A stretch of 64,000 nt of DNA from an uncultured Alphaproteobacteria bacterium (GCA_950054485.1 CATLPD010000001.1:544798-608797); one strand, 5' to 3'. Shown: positions 26,726 to 36,055, counted from the stretch's first letter. Translations and numbers: made by a program. The notes: a model not told the origin generated them from the sequence alone.

Positions 26726-28222
26726 ATGCTGAAAAAGTTTGAAATCGCAGTTATCTGTTTCCTGTTTTTAGGCGGGCTGATTTTCGGCGGCCAAAGTCTG
26801 GTGCCGAAAGAGGCGCAGGCCCAGATTACCGTATCGCCCAGTTTTTGCACCAACTGCCCCGGTGGTTTCATGCCCTGTGTGACAGTTGGCTTTCCACAGA
26901 TTACAACGGCGGCCATCGAGCGTGCCTTCAGACAGGTTTTACAACAGTTTTTGGATAGCTTTACAAGCTTTTTTGATAATATCTTTAACAATTTTATCGG
27001 CAATCTTTTGAATGGAATTAACGATATTATCGAAGGCATGATGATAACGTGGCAAAATGATTTTTTCAGTTATGAATTAATGCCGGCCCTGCAATTGGCA
27101 ACGGGTCAGATTAACACGGCCTATATCGATTCCTGGCGTGCGGTTAATAGTGGTATGGACGGTATGAATAATGCCCGCAGGCTGCGCGCGGGCGAAGACC
27201 TTCAGGCGTCAGCTTTTGCAACAGCCAAACCAAGCCCGCAAATCTGTGTGGCGGGTTCCATCGGCGGAAGCAATTGGGCGGCATCATATGCAAAGATCCG
27301 TGCCTTCATGCGCGCAAGTGAAACCATGTTCACACATCGCGGCGCTCAAAAAGATCCTCAACTGGCAGATAATAGTAATCAGGATATGACGGTTACGGCG
27401 CAAAACCTTATGAACGGGCGCTTTACACCGGGCCTTGATATCGGCAATGAAAACAGTTTTGAGGGTTCGGTAACACAGGCGCAGGTTTTTCCACGCAGCA
27501 GTACCGGACCGGGCGGGCATCAGGGTGATCAATGGCAGCGCTATTGTACATACTTGGCCCAACCTACTGATAACGGAGACAGAAACGGTTGCGGGAATGT
27601 CACGGTTACACCGGGCGCGCAGGGCATGGATATTAAGCCGATGGAGTTTCTATATAACAGCTATCTTATTGATGTAACACAGGAGCCGATTGAACATGCC
27701 CTTAATGCGGTTAAAGAAAATCTGGTCGATTTAAGTCCGCCGCCATTAATTCCGGGATCCTCGCTGGGTACGGGGCCGGGCCGTCAGCAGATGATCGATC
27801 AGCGATCGTATCTGGCACGTAAAAACGCCGCGCGTTCGGTTGTTGAATTTGTATCGTCTTCACGCCTGCCGACAGCGAGAGCCAGCGATCTTGTGCACCA
27901 GTTACGTGGTCAGGCGGGCGCGCCGTTAACGGATATCATTGATGGTAAAACAAGTTATAAGGAAATCATGAATGCGCTTAGTAACGAGATATTTGCAACC
28001 GGAACCTATAACCTGGATCGCGAGGAATGCATAAATACAACAGAAAACCCGGATGCAAAAATCACATGTATCAAACGTGAAAGCTTGATTTTAAGTGCAT
28101 TGTACCTGATGCAACTGCGTGACTATTATGAATTGCTGGAGCGCGGGGTTTTGACACTTGCCGTTCAAACATCTATCGAGATTGGTGCCGAGAGCTCCGG
28201 TTCGGAGGGCGGTTCGCAATGA
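26726..28222 (+). CDS. Secreted protein, paralog 2 of the family
   Basis: Leader ends PKEAQAQ. Family motifs are FCTNCPGGFMPC, YELMPALQLA, QRSYLARKNAARSV and KTSYKEIMNAL. Confidence 0.7.
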   Translation: MLKKFEIAVICFLFLGGLIFGGQSLVPKEAQAQITVSPSFCTNCPGGFMPCVTVGFPQITTAAIERAFRQVLQQFLDSFTSFFDNIFNNFIGNLLNGINDIIEGMMITWQNDFFSYELMPALQLATGQINTAYIDSWRAVNSGMDGMNNARRLRAGEDLQASAFATAKPSPQICVAGSIGGSNWAASYAKIRAFMRASETMFTHRGAQKDPQLADNSNQDMTVTAQNLMNGRFTPGLDIGNENSFEGSVTQAQVFPRSSTGPGGHQGDQWQRYCTYLAQPTDNGDRNGCGNVTVTPGAQGMDIKPMEFLYNSYLIDVTQEPIEHALNAVKENLVDLSPPPLIPGSSLGTGPGRQQMIDQRSYLARKNAARSVVEFVSSSRLPTARASDLVHQLRGQAGAPLTDIIDGKTSYKEIMNALSNEIFATGTYNLDREECINTTENPDAKITCIKRESLILSALYLMQLRDYYELLERGVLTLAVQTSIEIGAESSGSEGGSQ

Positions 28223-29427
28223 TGAAACACTTTAAAATTTTGGCGGTAATTTTGATGCTGTCCATCGTTTTGGTGCCGAAGCATGCAAAGGCTGTTTGTG
28301 AAGTCAATGCCGAAGTTTCGGCCGCGCAGGGTAACGTTATTACGCGTCAAGCGCAGGAAATTACCAACATTATTGCAAATTTGCAGGCGCAAATCGGTGC
28401 GATTTTGCCGGTTGAACTGGTTGACCTGTTGCAAAAAATGACCGGGATGAGCACCTCTGTCCGTACGGGTATGGGTGAAATGTGGGGCGATTGGGAAGAG
28501 GCTGAAAAAGGTCAGACAGCCCAAATGCATGCCTCTATTTTGGATCAAACACGAAATACCCTGTCATCCCAGAATGCGGAGCTTTTTAACGAAGCTGCCT
28601 TAAATGATGAAATGAACGAAGTTGCGGCCGTGACAACCGATGATGCGACCGAGCAAAGTTGTACTTTTGATACCGTTATGCCGCATGTAACCGAGGTCAA
28701 TAATATTACCCGCATGGTATCGAATACGATGTCAGGTTCGCTTTCGGAAAGGATCATACGTGGGGAAGATTCACAGCTAGAACGTAATGCCCAAGACTAT
28801 CAGCGATACGAGGCCACCTTTTGTAACCGTTTTGAAAACGGTGGACGTGCGCCGTGTGATGCTGACGGCAGCCGCGTTGACGGCGATATTGAAATTGCGC
28901 GTACATTAATGGGCGGTGACACACTGCGTGTTGAATCTGAAGAGGATATGGAAGTCATTGAAGCGGCGATTGATAACCTGATGGGTCGCCCCCGTATGGA
29001 CAACATTAACCCGATAAATTTGGAAAGTAGCGGATCAGCGCAAAAGGCTTATCTTGAAAAAAGGTCAATGGCTGCCCGCATGAATATGGTGAGCGGTTTA
29101 TTCTGGGATATCACGGGTGAGCGCATGCCAAGCAGGACGCCATCCGAAGAGATCCGCGAGATGCGTATTGCAGCTGGTGTGCCGGATACGGATGCATCGG
29201 CTAACCCCAGTAAGTATGAATTCTGGAAGGCCTGGATTGAGCAGGTAAATTCACCACCCTGGATATTCGAGCTGAAAGGCGGACAGGAAAAATTGGGTGA
29301 AAGCGAACTACATTTGAAAGCGCTGCGCCTTATGATGATGAATAACCTCAATCTAAAAATGGAAAAAATGGCAACGCTGTTTTCAATCCAATTGGCAAAC
29401 CAACTGGACGAACGCGAGCAGGAATAA
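28219..29427 (+). CDS. Secreted protein, paralog 3 (shortest member)
   Basis: Leader ends PKHAKA, followed by VCE. Family motifs are FCNRFENGGRAPC, KRSMAARMNMV and NPSKYEFW. Its start overlaps the stop of paralog 2. Confidence 0.7.
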   Translation: MMKHFKILAVILMLSIVLVPKHAKAVCEVNAEVSAAQGNVITRQAQEITNIIANLQAQIGAILPVELVDLLQKMTGMSTSVRTGMGEMWGDWEEAEKGQTAQMHASILDQTRNTLSSQNAELFNEAALNDEMNEVAAVTTDDATEQSCTFDTVMPHVTEVNNITRMVSNTMSGSLSERIIRGEDSQLERNAQDYQRYEATFCNRFENGGRAPCDADGSRVDGDIEIARTLMGGDTLRVESEEDMEVIEAAIDNLMGRPRMDNINPINLESSGSAQKAYLEKRSMAARMNMVSGLFWDITGERMPSRTPSEEIREMRIAAGVPDTDASANPSKYEFWKAWIEQVNSPPWIFELKGGQEKLGESELHLKALRLMMMNNLNLKMEKMATLFSIQLANQLDEREQE

Positions 29428-29429
29428 AA

Positions 29430-32204
29430 ATGAAATTCGGTAGAACACATAAAACGCAGAAAAGCTGGCAAAAAATGGCCGGTTTATTGGCTGTTTTTGC
29501 CGTGTTGCTGGTCAGCCTGACTGTGATGCAGCCGCGCTCTGCAAAGGCGATTTGTGAAACGCCGGCATCATCGATCGCGACACTGGGCCTATGGCTGGCG
29601 AATTCTTTCGGCCTTTTAGGCGATTTCGGCGGGGCAATTTCGGATTTTCTAATTCAGGATGTTGAAACCGGACAAGAAGAGGTTGATACACGCATTCAGG
29701 AGCTTGATTTTAACTATCGTGAAGGCTGGGGTAACCTTTGGAATGCCGAATGGTTGCCGGCAATGCGGGAAGAATTAAAACAGATCAGTACAGGCGCAAT
29801 CAGTGAAATGCGCAAAAAAGGCTCTCTGATTGACGCCGACAACGAAGCGGATCGTAAAGCAGATATTCAGGATGCCGAATTTGATCTATTGGAGGATGGG
29901 GCCCCTTCAGAAAATGCATGTCAGGCCGATACGATTATGGGCGGTGGTTCAGTATCAAATTCAAATACACCACAGCAGTCATCACGTCCCGGATCCTGTG
30001 GTGGTCAAAGCGGTGCCAATATTGCCAATAGACAGCGTTTCGGGGCCTATCAAGATCCTGCCAGCTGCCCGGCGGGTCAGACATCGCGCTTTGAGAAAGA
30101 ATGTTGTGATGGTCAGGTCTATACCCATCAGAAAACAAATTGCGGTCAGGATGTAACGGTTAACTGGAATTGTACTAATGATAGTGCAGGTGCCAGCGGC
30201 GGTAACGGAGAAGAGCGCGCAGGTATGACCTATGCAACGGATATTTCCGAAGATATCTCAAAGGCGATTGCCCTTGATGCGATGAAGCGGGCAACAGCGA
30301 ACGAAGGCACGCCCGAGGCGGTTGGAATGACAGCGGTTGTGGCGGAGCAATGGGAAAACCTTGATAAATATTGTGATCCGACATCGAATGGTGGAACCTT
30401 GCCATGTAGTGGTAGTGCGCCGCCGGAGCTGATTAACAAGGATATGGAACTGGGAACGGCTTTTTTCTGGGGCGATCGCATGACAATCGATTTGAATGAC
30501 CAGAATTATCAGGAGCTGGTTGTTGATGCCGAGCGCACATTTACAGACCAGAACCCGGCCTCCGCTATTCCTGAAAATATTCTGGACCGTCCGCAGGCGG
30601 TTAAACAATTTAACCTGACACGTTCGACGGCGGCGCGTAAACAGGCGGTGCACAGTGTTATGGGGGGCCTTTTGGGATCGCGGGCCTCACGACCTGAATC
30701 TGAACCTTTGCCTGAAGTTCAGGAAATTCGTATGCAGGCAGGTGTTCCACGTGAAAATACAACGGATAAACCCAGTTTGCATGAAACCATGCAGGCCCTG
30801 ATGCAGGATCGTTATACAACGCCTGAATTTGCAACCATGATTGTTAAAAAACCGGCGGAATTGTACAAAGATGCACTGGATATCGAAAGCGGACATCTGA
30901 TGCAATGGAATATGATGTATGCCAATATGGAGCGTCTGGCAGTTATGCATGCCAGTGAATTTGCACAGGATCTGGAAGATTCCGAGCCTGATTTTGTAGC
31001 GCAACGTGGGTCTGATGAATATGATGGCACAGTTGTGAATATGGTGCCGCCGGATGATGAGCCTCCACAGGAATGTGAAATCGTTGAATTTGAAATTCCC
31101 GAGAATCCGTTTGGGTGTGGCTCTGGGTATGCGGGTGGTGTTTCTGATTCCGCCTATGCAGGGACATTCTCGGGATCACTTATGGTGCCGGTGCCTAGCA
31201 ACTATATAACATCTGATTATGGGCCTAGAAGTTGTAGCGTTTGTGCCAGCAATTATCACAGAGGTGTTGATTTCAGGGCTGCGATCGGCGATCCCGTTGT
31301 GGCTTCTGCGGATGGGGTTGTTACTATTGCCAGCAACAACCCGAATCACAGTTTTGGTAAATATGTCAAAATTGATCACGGTAGCGGTATAGAAACCCTT
31401 TATGCGCATTTGTCCAGTATTGTTGTATCGCCAGGACAAACAGTTAGCAGGGGCCAGTTAATAGGGTATGCTGGAAATACAAGTAATCAAAACCTTGCCC
31501 CACACTTGCATTTTGTTGTCTATAACAATGGTCAAAAAGTTAATCCGAATGATTATCTGGATCGTAACTCTGTACCTGCCCCTTCGCAAGGCGGAGGCTC
31601 TGGTGGGGGAGACGGATATACGGGAGACTGTTCATTTGACCTATCTGCAATTGGGGACTTAGATATCTGTAGCTGGCCTACAGGAGCATCGACAGGTACA
31701 GTCAGTCCGAACTTGACAGGTTTTCTACAGGGGTATGAAAGGCTAAGCCTCACACCTTATTATGATTTCAAGGGGCAAAGTATATGTTACGGTCACTTGA
31801 TAACAGGAAATGAGAACCCACCGATTCCAATTCCTGCTACACAGGCGTTTTGTGACCAGTTATATATTCAAGATCTTAACCGTTTTGCATCTTATGTACG
31901 TAATGAAACAGCCCACTGTTCTAACCTAACGCAGAACCAGTTTGATGCTCTTTTCTCTTTTGCGTATAACCTTGGATCTTTCCGCGGCAGTGTTGGAACT
32001 GCGGTTGATGCTTGTAATTTTGATGCGGCCTTGGCAGCGGCCCAGCAATATAATCAGGCTGGTGGACAGGTTTTACAGGGTCTTGTTGATCGTAGAGCGC
32101 AAGAACAGATCATTGGAAATCTGCATCAGATTCGTCCTGCAGAATGTGCAACAGGACTTGGCGAGGAGGATGCAGATGGCGACCACGATGATCATGATCA
32201 TTAA
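29430..32204 (+). CDS. Secreted paralog 4 fused to an M23 metallopeptidase, a GH24 (T4-type) lysozyme and an acidic/His tail
   Basis: Leader ends PRSAKA, followed by ICE. Family motifs are AEWLPAMREE, YCDPTSNGGTLPC, TRSTAARKQAV and KPSLHETM. M23 motifs are YHRGVDF (HxxxD) and PHLHF (HxH). GH24 features are GYERLSLTPYYDFKGQSICYGH and QFDALFSFAYNLG. The tail is EEDADGDHDDHDH. Confidence 0.85.
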   Translation: MKFGRTHKTQKSWQKMAGLLAVFAVLLVSLTVMQPRSAKAICETPASSIATLGLWLANSFGLLGDFGGAISDFLIQDVETGQEEVDTRIQELDFNYREGWGNLWNAEWLPAMREELKQISTGAISEMRKKGSLIDADNEADRKADIQDAEFDLLEDGAPSENACQADTIMGGGSVSNSNTPQQSSRPGSCGGQSGANIANRQRFGAYQDPASCPAGQTSRFEKECCDGQVYTHQKTNCGQDVTVNWNCTNDSAGASGGNGEERAGMTYATDISEDISKAIALDAMKRATANEGTPEAVGMTAVVAEQWENLDKYCDPTSNGGTLPCSGSAPPELINKDMELGTAFFWGDRMTIDLNDQNYQELVVDAERTFTDQNPASAIPENILDRPQAVKQFNLTRSTAARKQAVHSVMGGLLGSRASRPESEPLPEVQEIRMQAGVPRENTTDKPSLHETMQALMQDRYTTPEFATMIVKKPAELYKDALDIESGHLMQWNMMYANMERLAVMHASEFAQDLEDSEPDFVAQRGSDEYDGTVVNMVPPDDEPPQECEIVEFEIPENPFGCGSGYAGGVSDSAYAGTFSGSLMVPVPSNYITSDYGPRSCSVCASNYHRGVDFRAAIGDPVVASADGVVTIASNNPNHSFGKYVKIDHGSGIETLYAHLSSIVVSPGQTVSRGQLIGYAGNTSNQNLAPHLHFVVYNNGQKVNPNDYLDRNSVPAPSQGGGSGGGDGYTGDCSFDLSAIGDLDICSWPTGASTGTVSPNLTGFLQGYERLSLTPYYDFKGQSICYGHLITGNENPPIPIPATQAFCDQLYIQDLNRFASYVRNETAHCSNLTQNQFDALFSFAYNLGSFRGSVGTAVDACNFDAALAAAQQYNQAGGQVLQGLVDRRAQEQIIGNLHQIRPAECATGLGEEDADGDHDDHDH

Positions 32205-32215
32205 GGGGAAAATGA

Positions 32216-32839
32216 ATGCAACTTCGTAATATAAACATGATGTCCTTTTTGCTGAGTATTATTTTTGTTTTTTTATCTGTTTCGCCCTCTCAGGCGGAGT
32301 ATAATATTGCAGGTGATTGGACGTTTAAAAAACTTGTTATTCCTGCAACAGGCATTCAGTCAGGTGAGGCCATTAAAAAAGCCGAAGAAATGATCGGAAA
32401 AACCATAAAAATTGACGGTCAGAATTTTATTTATGAAGAAAATAAAAACTGTATTTTCGACGATATTCATCAGGAAATATTAATAGATGGTAGCTTTGAT
32501 GCGTCTGGTAAGATGATGGTGAATTGGAACGAAATTGGTATAGAGCCTTATTCGCAAAATTCCAGAGGAAATAAATTATATGCTGTGATTTCTTATGGTG
32601 GATATTGTCCTGATAGTTCTGATTTGACGGAAGAAGAAAAAGCCCGAATTGATTGGACAATGGTTGATGAATATGAGGGATATAAATTTTTAGATGATAA
32701 ACATGTTATTTTTGTGGCGAATAAAGGCCAACTTGTTTTGATGGATTATTTTGATGTCTGGATCCAGCTAGAGAGATCAACTACCGCTAACGGTGAGAAC
32801 ACACAAGATATAGTAGATCCCGAAAAAACCGACAACTAG
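32216..32839 (+). CDS. AT-rich periplasmic protein of unknown function (candidate immunity partner of the hydrolase)
   Basis: Signal peptide ends SPSQA. It starts 12 nt after the hydrolase fusion gene. Composition is AT-richer than the backbone. Confidence 0.55.
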   Translation: MQLRNINMMSFLLSIIFVFLSVSPSQAEYNIAGDWTFKKLVIPATGIQSGEAIKKAEEMIGKTIKIDGQNFIYEENKNCIFDDIHQEILIDGSFDASGKMMVNWNEIGIEPYSQNSRGNKLYAVISYGGYCPDSSDLTEEEKARIDWTMVDEYEGYKFLDDKHVIFVANKGQLVLMDYFDVWIQLERSTTANGENTQDIVDPEKTDN

Positions 32840-32917
32840 ATATAGATTTTTATCGACATTTAACAGTGCGTTTGTTAGGATGATTCAAGTTCAAAAAACG
32901 TTACTGGGGACACGTCG

Positions 32918-33154
32918 TTGGATTGGAATGACACATTGGGTATTGCCCGCTGTCTAAACCAAAATCCGGATCTGGAAGATCTGGATCTCTTCGAACTGGC
33001 GCCTGAATTTCTCGAAACATTGATCATCGAAAACGGATATGCCGCCGATCGTATGCCGCATGGCATGTTGCGCACAAACAGCCTGAATTCTGTGCTGTGG
33101 CACTGGATGCGTCTGCGTGACGAAGATGACCAGGATATGCGGGAGGCCGGCTGA
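32918..33154 (+). CDS. Small acidic protein, weakly IscX-like
   Basis: TTG start. LDWNDTLGIARCL..NPDLEDLD loosely resembles the IscX N-terminus. It is adjacent to rnj. Confidence 0.3.
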   Translation: MDWNDTLGIARCLNQNPDLEDLDLFELAPEFLETLIIENGYAADRMPHGMLRTNSLNSVLWHWMRLRDEDDQDMREAG

Positions 33155-33156
33155 GC

Positions 33157-34830
33157 ATGTTTTTTAACCGCGCCAAAGAAATCTTTAATCGCTATGTCGG
33201 GCGTCCGGCGGATGATGAGCGTGAAGGTAATGGCCCGGTTAAAAACGCAAAGAAATCAACAGACGTACTCTACCACTTTCTGTCCGGCCTGAACGAAGGC
33301 TGCGTCGGCGGAAACACATCTGTTCTGGAAGTGTCATATGATGATGGCAGCACACTGCGCTGCATGGTTGATCCGGGTGATTTGTTTGGCGACAAAAACA
33401 ACCCCGAGCATCCGGTTTTATCAAATTGTGATTCTATTATTGCTGACATGCGTGAATATTTTGATCATATCGATCCGCAAACCGGCGAAATTGTCGAGGC
33501 GAAAAAGCCGCTGGATAATATCATCCTGAGCCATTCGCACAAGGATCACATCGGCGCGATATCAAAAATGATGCTGATGGGCTATAAAATGCCGCAGATA
33601 TATGCAACGCCATATACCCGCCAAAGACTTTTTCAACATTTGAACAATGAAAAAATACCACCGTCGGAATGGCCGCACGTGCGCGAAATTGCCCCCGGGC
33701 AAAAGCTGAAGTTTCCGGATGTCGAGGTTGGTTTTTTCTCGGTCAGTCATTCAACCCCGCAATCATTGGGCTTGGTTTTTAAAACGAAAGAGGGCAGCAT
33801 CGTCCATACCTGTGACTGGAAAATGGATCAAAGCTTGACATGGGGCCCGAATTTCGAGCCCAGCCAGTATAAACGTATGGTGGGTGATAACCCGACTGTC
33901 CTGCTGATGGATTCAACCGGTGCGGACAGTGATAAAAAACCTGTCACCGAAGAAATTTTTCGCAAGACTTTGAAGAAAATGATGAAGGATAACCCCGGTA
34001 AACGCTTTATTATCGCGACCCACCCGGGATTTGAAGAAAACATGGCATCCATTGCTAAAGTGACGGCACAAGACGGACGCAAGTTCTTTATTGATGCCTG
34101 GTCACATTCGCAAGTGTTTGATGCTTTGCGCAATACGGGTTTAAAGCTGGGCGATCATATTGGCGAGAAAATTGATGTGAAAAGTCTGAATTCTGCCCCC
34201 GCCCGCCGCGAGCTGGAATCCTCGAAGCCGGGCGATTCCATTGTTCTGGTTGCGGGCGTTATGGGGCAGAAAAACTCATCACTCGTACGTGCTGTGAATG
34301 GCACTAATAAAAATCTAAAGTTGGACCCGAAAAAGGATATTATCCTGTTCTGCGGGCCAAACATGCCGGGGCAAAATCGCGAAAATAAATATGCGCTGAT
34401 GGCCGAAATCAAGAAAAAAGGTTTCGAGGTTATGGGCCATCCTGAATATAAACTTTATCCACATGCGCACGCCCGCCGCGGTGAAATTGTTGAATTGGCC
34501 GAGATGACTTCGGCGAAATATATCGTACCTGTTCATGGCGACCAACATCTGCGTGATCGCAATGAAGAATTGCTAGGTGAAAATGGCCACAAAGTTATAA
34601 AACTGAAAAACGGTCAAACCCTGCGCCTGAAAGACGGCAAGGCGGAAATTGATCCTGAATTGACGCGTGATCCACAATTTATCGGCTTTGAAACGCGCAT
34701 CGGGAAACATTGGCAGGAACGTGATTATATTGCCTGCTTCACGGTAAATTATAAAAGGCCGGCCAATGAAAATGATCCGCCAAAGCCGGATGCGGCGCGT
34801 AAGCCGCGCATATTCCAAAATAGAAGATAA
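33157..34830 (+). CDS. rnj: Ribonuclease J (metallo-beta-lactamase / beta-CASP family)
   Basis: The HSHKDHIG (HxHxDH) motif is present. At 557 aa, the beta-CASP-type layout is consistent with RNase J. Confidence 0.8.
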   Translation: MFFNRAKEIFNRYVGRPADDEREGNGPVKNAKKSTDVLYHFLSGLNEGCVGGNTSVLEVSYDDGSTLRCMVDPGDLFGDKNNPEHPVLSNCDSIIADMREYFDHIDPQTGEIVEAKKPLDNIILSHSHKDHIGAISKMMLMGYKMPQIYATPYTRQRLFQHLNNEKIPPSEWPHVREIAPGQKLKFPDVEVGFFSVSHSTPQSLGLVFKTKEGSIVHTCDWKMDQSLTWGPNFEPSQYKRMVGDNPTVLLMDSTGADSDKKPVTEEIFRKTLKKMMKDNPGKRFIIATHPGFEENMASIAKVTAQDGRKFFIDAWSHSQVFDALRNTGLKLGDHIGEKIDVKSLNSAPARRELESSKPGDSIVLVAGVMGQKNSSLVRAVNGTNKNLKLDPKKDIILFCGPNMPGQNRENKYALMAEIKKKGFEVMGHPEYKLYPHAHARRGEIVELAEMTSAKYIVPVHGDQHLRDRNEELLGENGHKVIKLKNGQTLRLKDGKAEIDPELTRDPQFIGFETRIGKHWQERDYIACFTVNYKRPANENDPPKPDAARKPRIFQNRR

Positions 34831-35173
34831 CTTTCTAAAATCTTTCGACTGCAAATAGTACGTTTTTGCGCGTTCCGTTTCTCATGTGTTTTAACATACA
34901 CTCCGATGCGGTTCTCAAAGCATACTGTTTTCAGCTGAAATCTTTTGAAAGAAGGGATCAGTTTTGCCCTGAATGTCTAAAGCACCTCCGCAAGGGAGGT
35001 GCTTTAAATCAAAAGGAGGCACTAAAAAGAGCGAACCGGAACGGACAATTCCGTTTCACATTCTTTTAGTATAGCAAAGCATATTTAAACATTCGTGAAT
35101 GATAAAAACAATTTGACATAATATTAATACTCTGGTAATATTTTGGCATTATTTTACTTTTGGAGATTTTAAA

Positions 35174-36055
35174 ATGGGATATACGGTTTGTACAATCAGC
35201 GGTCTTGTAATTGAAATGGGCGCGCCGGTACGCGCTGTGTTTCTGGCAAATATGGAGAAATCGGCAACCCAGAATGCGCCTGTTTATAATCCGGGTTCAT
35301 GGTATACACCTGTTTCAGCGCCGATCAAAGCATCATTTGATGATTTTGCAAGGGTCGAGGGAATGGAATCAACAGAATGCTCCGAATTCTTTATGAAAGA
35401 ATATTTTCCCGATAAGGATTTAGACAATGTCGCGCTTTGGGCTTCAAAGCAGGGATTAGAAATACTTTCCCCAAACCACACAATGCGTAAAAATAATGAA
35501 CCGAGTAAACTTTCAATTGCCTATATAAATGAAGATGTCTATCAAAGCATTTTGAATATGACCCATGAAGGCAAAGCGCGTAATTTTGAAAAAGAAACAG
35601 CGAAACAATTCGAAGTTTTGAAAGGGCTTTGTTCAGAATATAAAAATCAAATCCTGAGAATGGATATCATGAAGTCGCAGGGCTTGAGTTTATTATTCAA
35701 AATGTCGGGAACAGACACACAAAATGATGAATATGTCAGACAAGTGGCATCTTTTTTTGAAACAGCCGGCGGGGATTATACTCATATGGCGCAGACCCAA
35801 CAAAAAGAGGCATTGTTGGATGCTTTGATAAATGGTGACGAGGAAAAAGCAAAATCCATGTTTACAGATCTGATGGCACTGCACCATATTCATGGCATGA
35901 TGCATGTTCTGAATCGGACATGGCAGCCGGCCAATGCCGTTGTGGAAGAGAAATTCACGCAGGCACATGTCGTTTTCAACGAGAGTGTTGCAAAGATCGC
36001 GCGCGGACGCGGCAAATGGCAGATTCAACCGCGCGGCAATCAGCCAAAACCTTAA
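35174..36055 (+). CDS. Hypothetical protein
   Basis: An SD (ggagat) precedes a 293-aa clean ORF. No recognisable motif. Somewhat AT-rich. Confidence 0.5.
   Translation: MGYTVCTISGLVIEMGAPVRAVFLANMEKSATQNAPVYNPGSWYTPVSAPIKASFDDFARVEGMESTECSEFFMKEYFPDKDLDNVALWASKQGLEILSPNHTMRKNNEPSKLSIAYINEDVYQSILNMTHEGKARNFEKETAKQFEVLKGLCSEYKNQILRMDIMKSQGLSLLFKMSGTDTQNDEYVRQVASFFETAGGDYTHMAQTQQKEALLDALINGDEEKAKSMFTDLMALHHIHGMMHVLNRTWQPANAVVEEKFTQAHVVFNESVAKIARGRGKWQIQPRGNQPKP

Noticed and set aside
18148-32839. Calling the locus a complete type IVB secretion system or a type IVb pilus operon
   Set aside because: The essential components are not present in any frame of this window. These are DotA, DotO/IcmB, DotL, DotG/H/F, or alternatively a secretin, PilB-type ATPase, PilC platform and prepilin peptidase.
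34866-35069. 67-aa ORF in the rnj downstream spacer
   Set aside because: It has no ribosome-binding site and contains the strong hairpin within its coding frame. The region is treated as non-coding and flagged as a finding instead.
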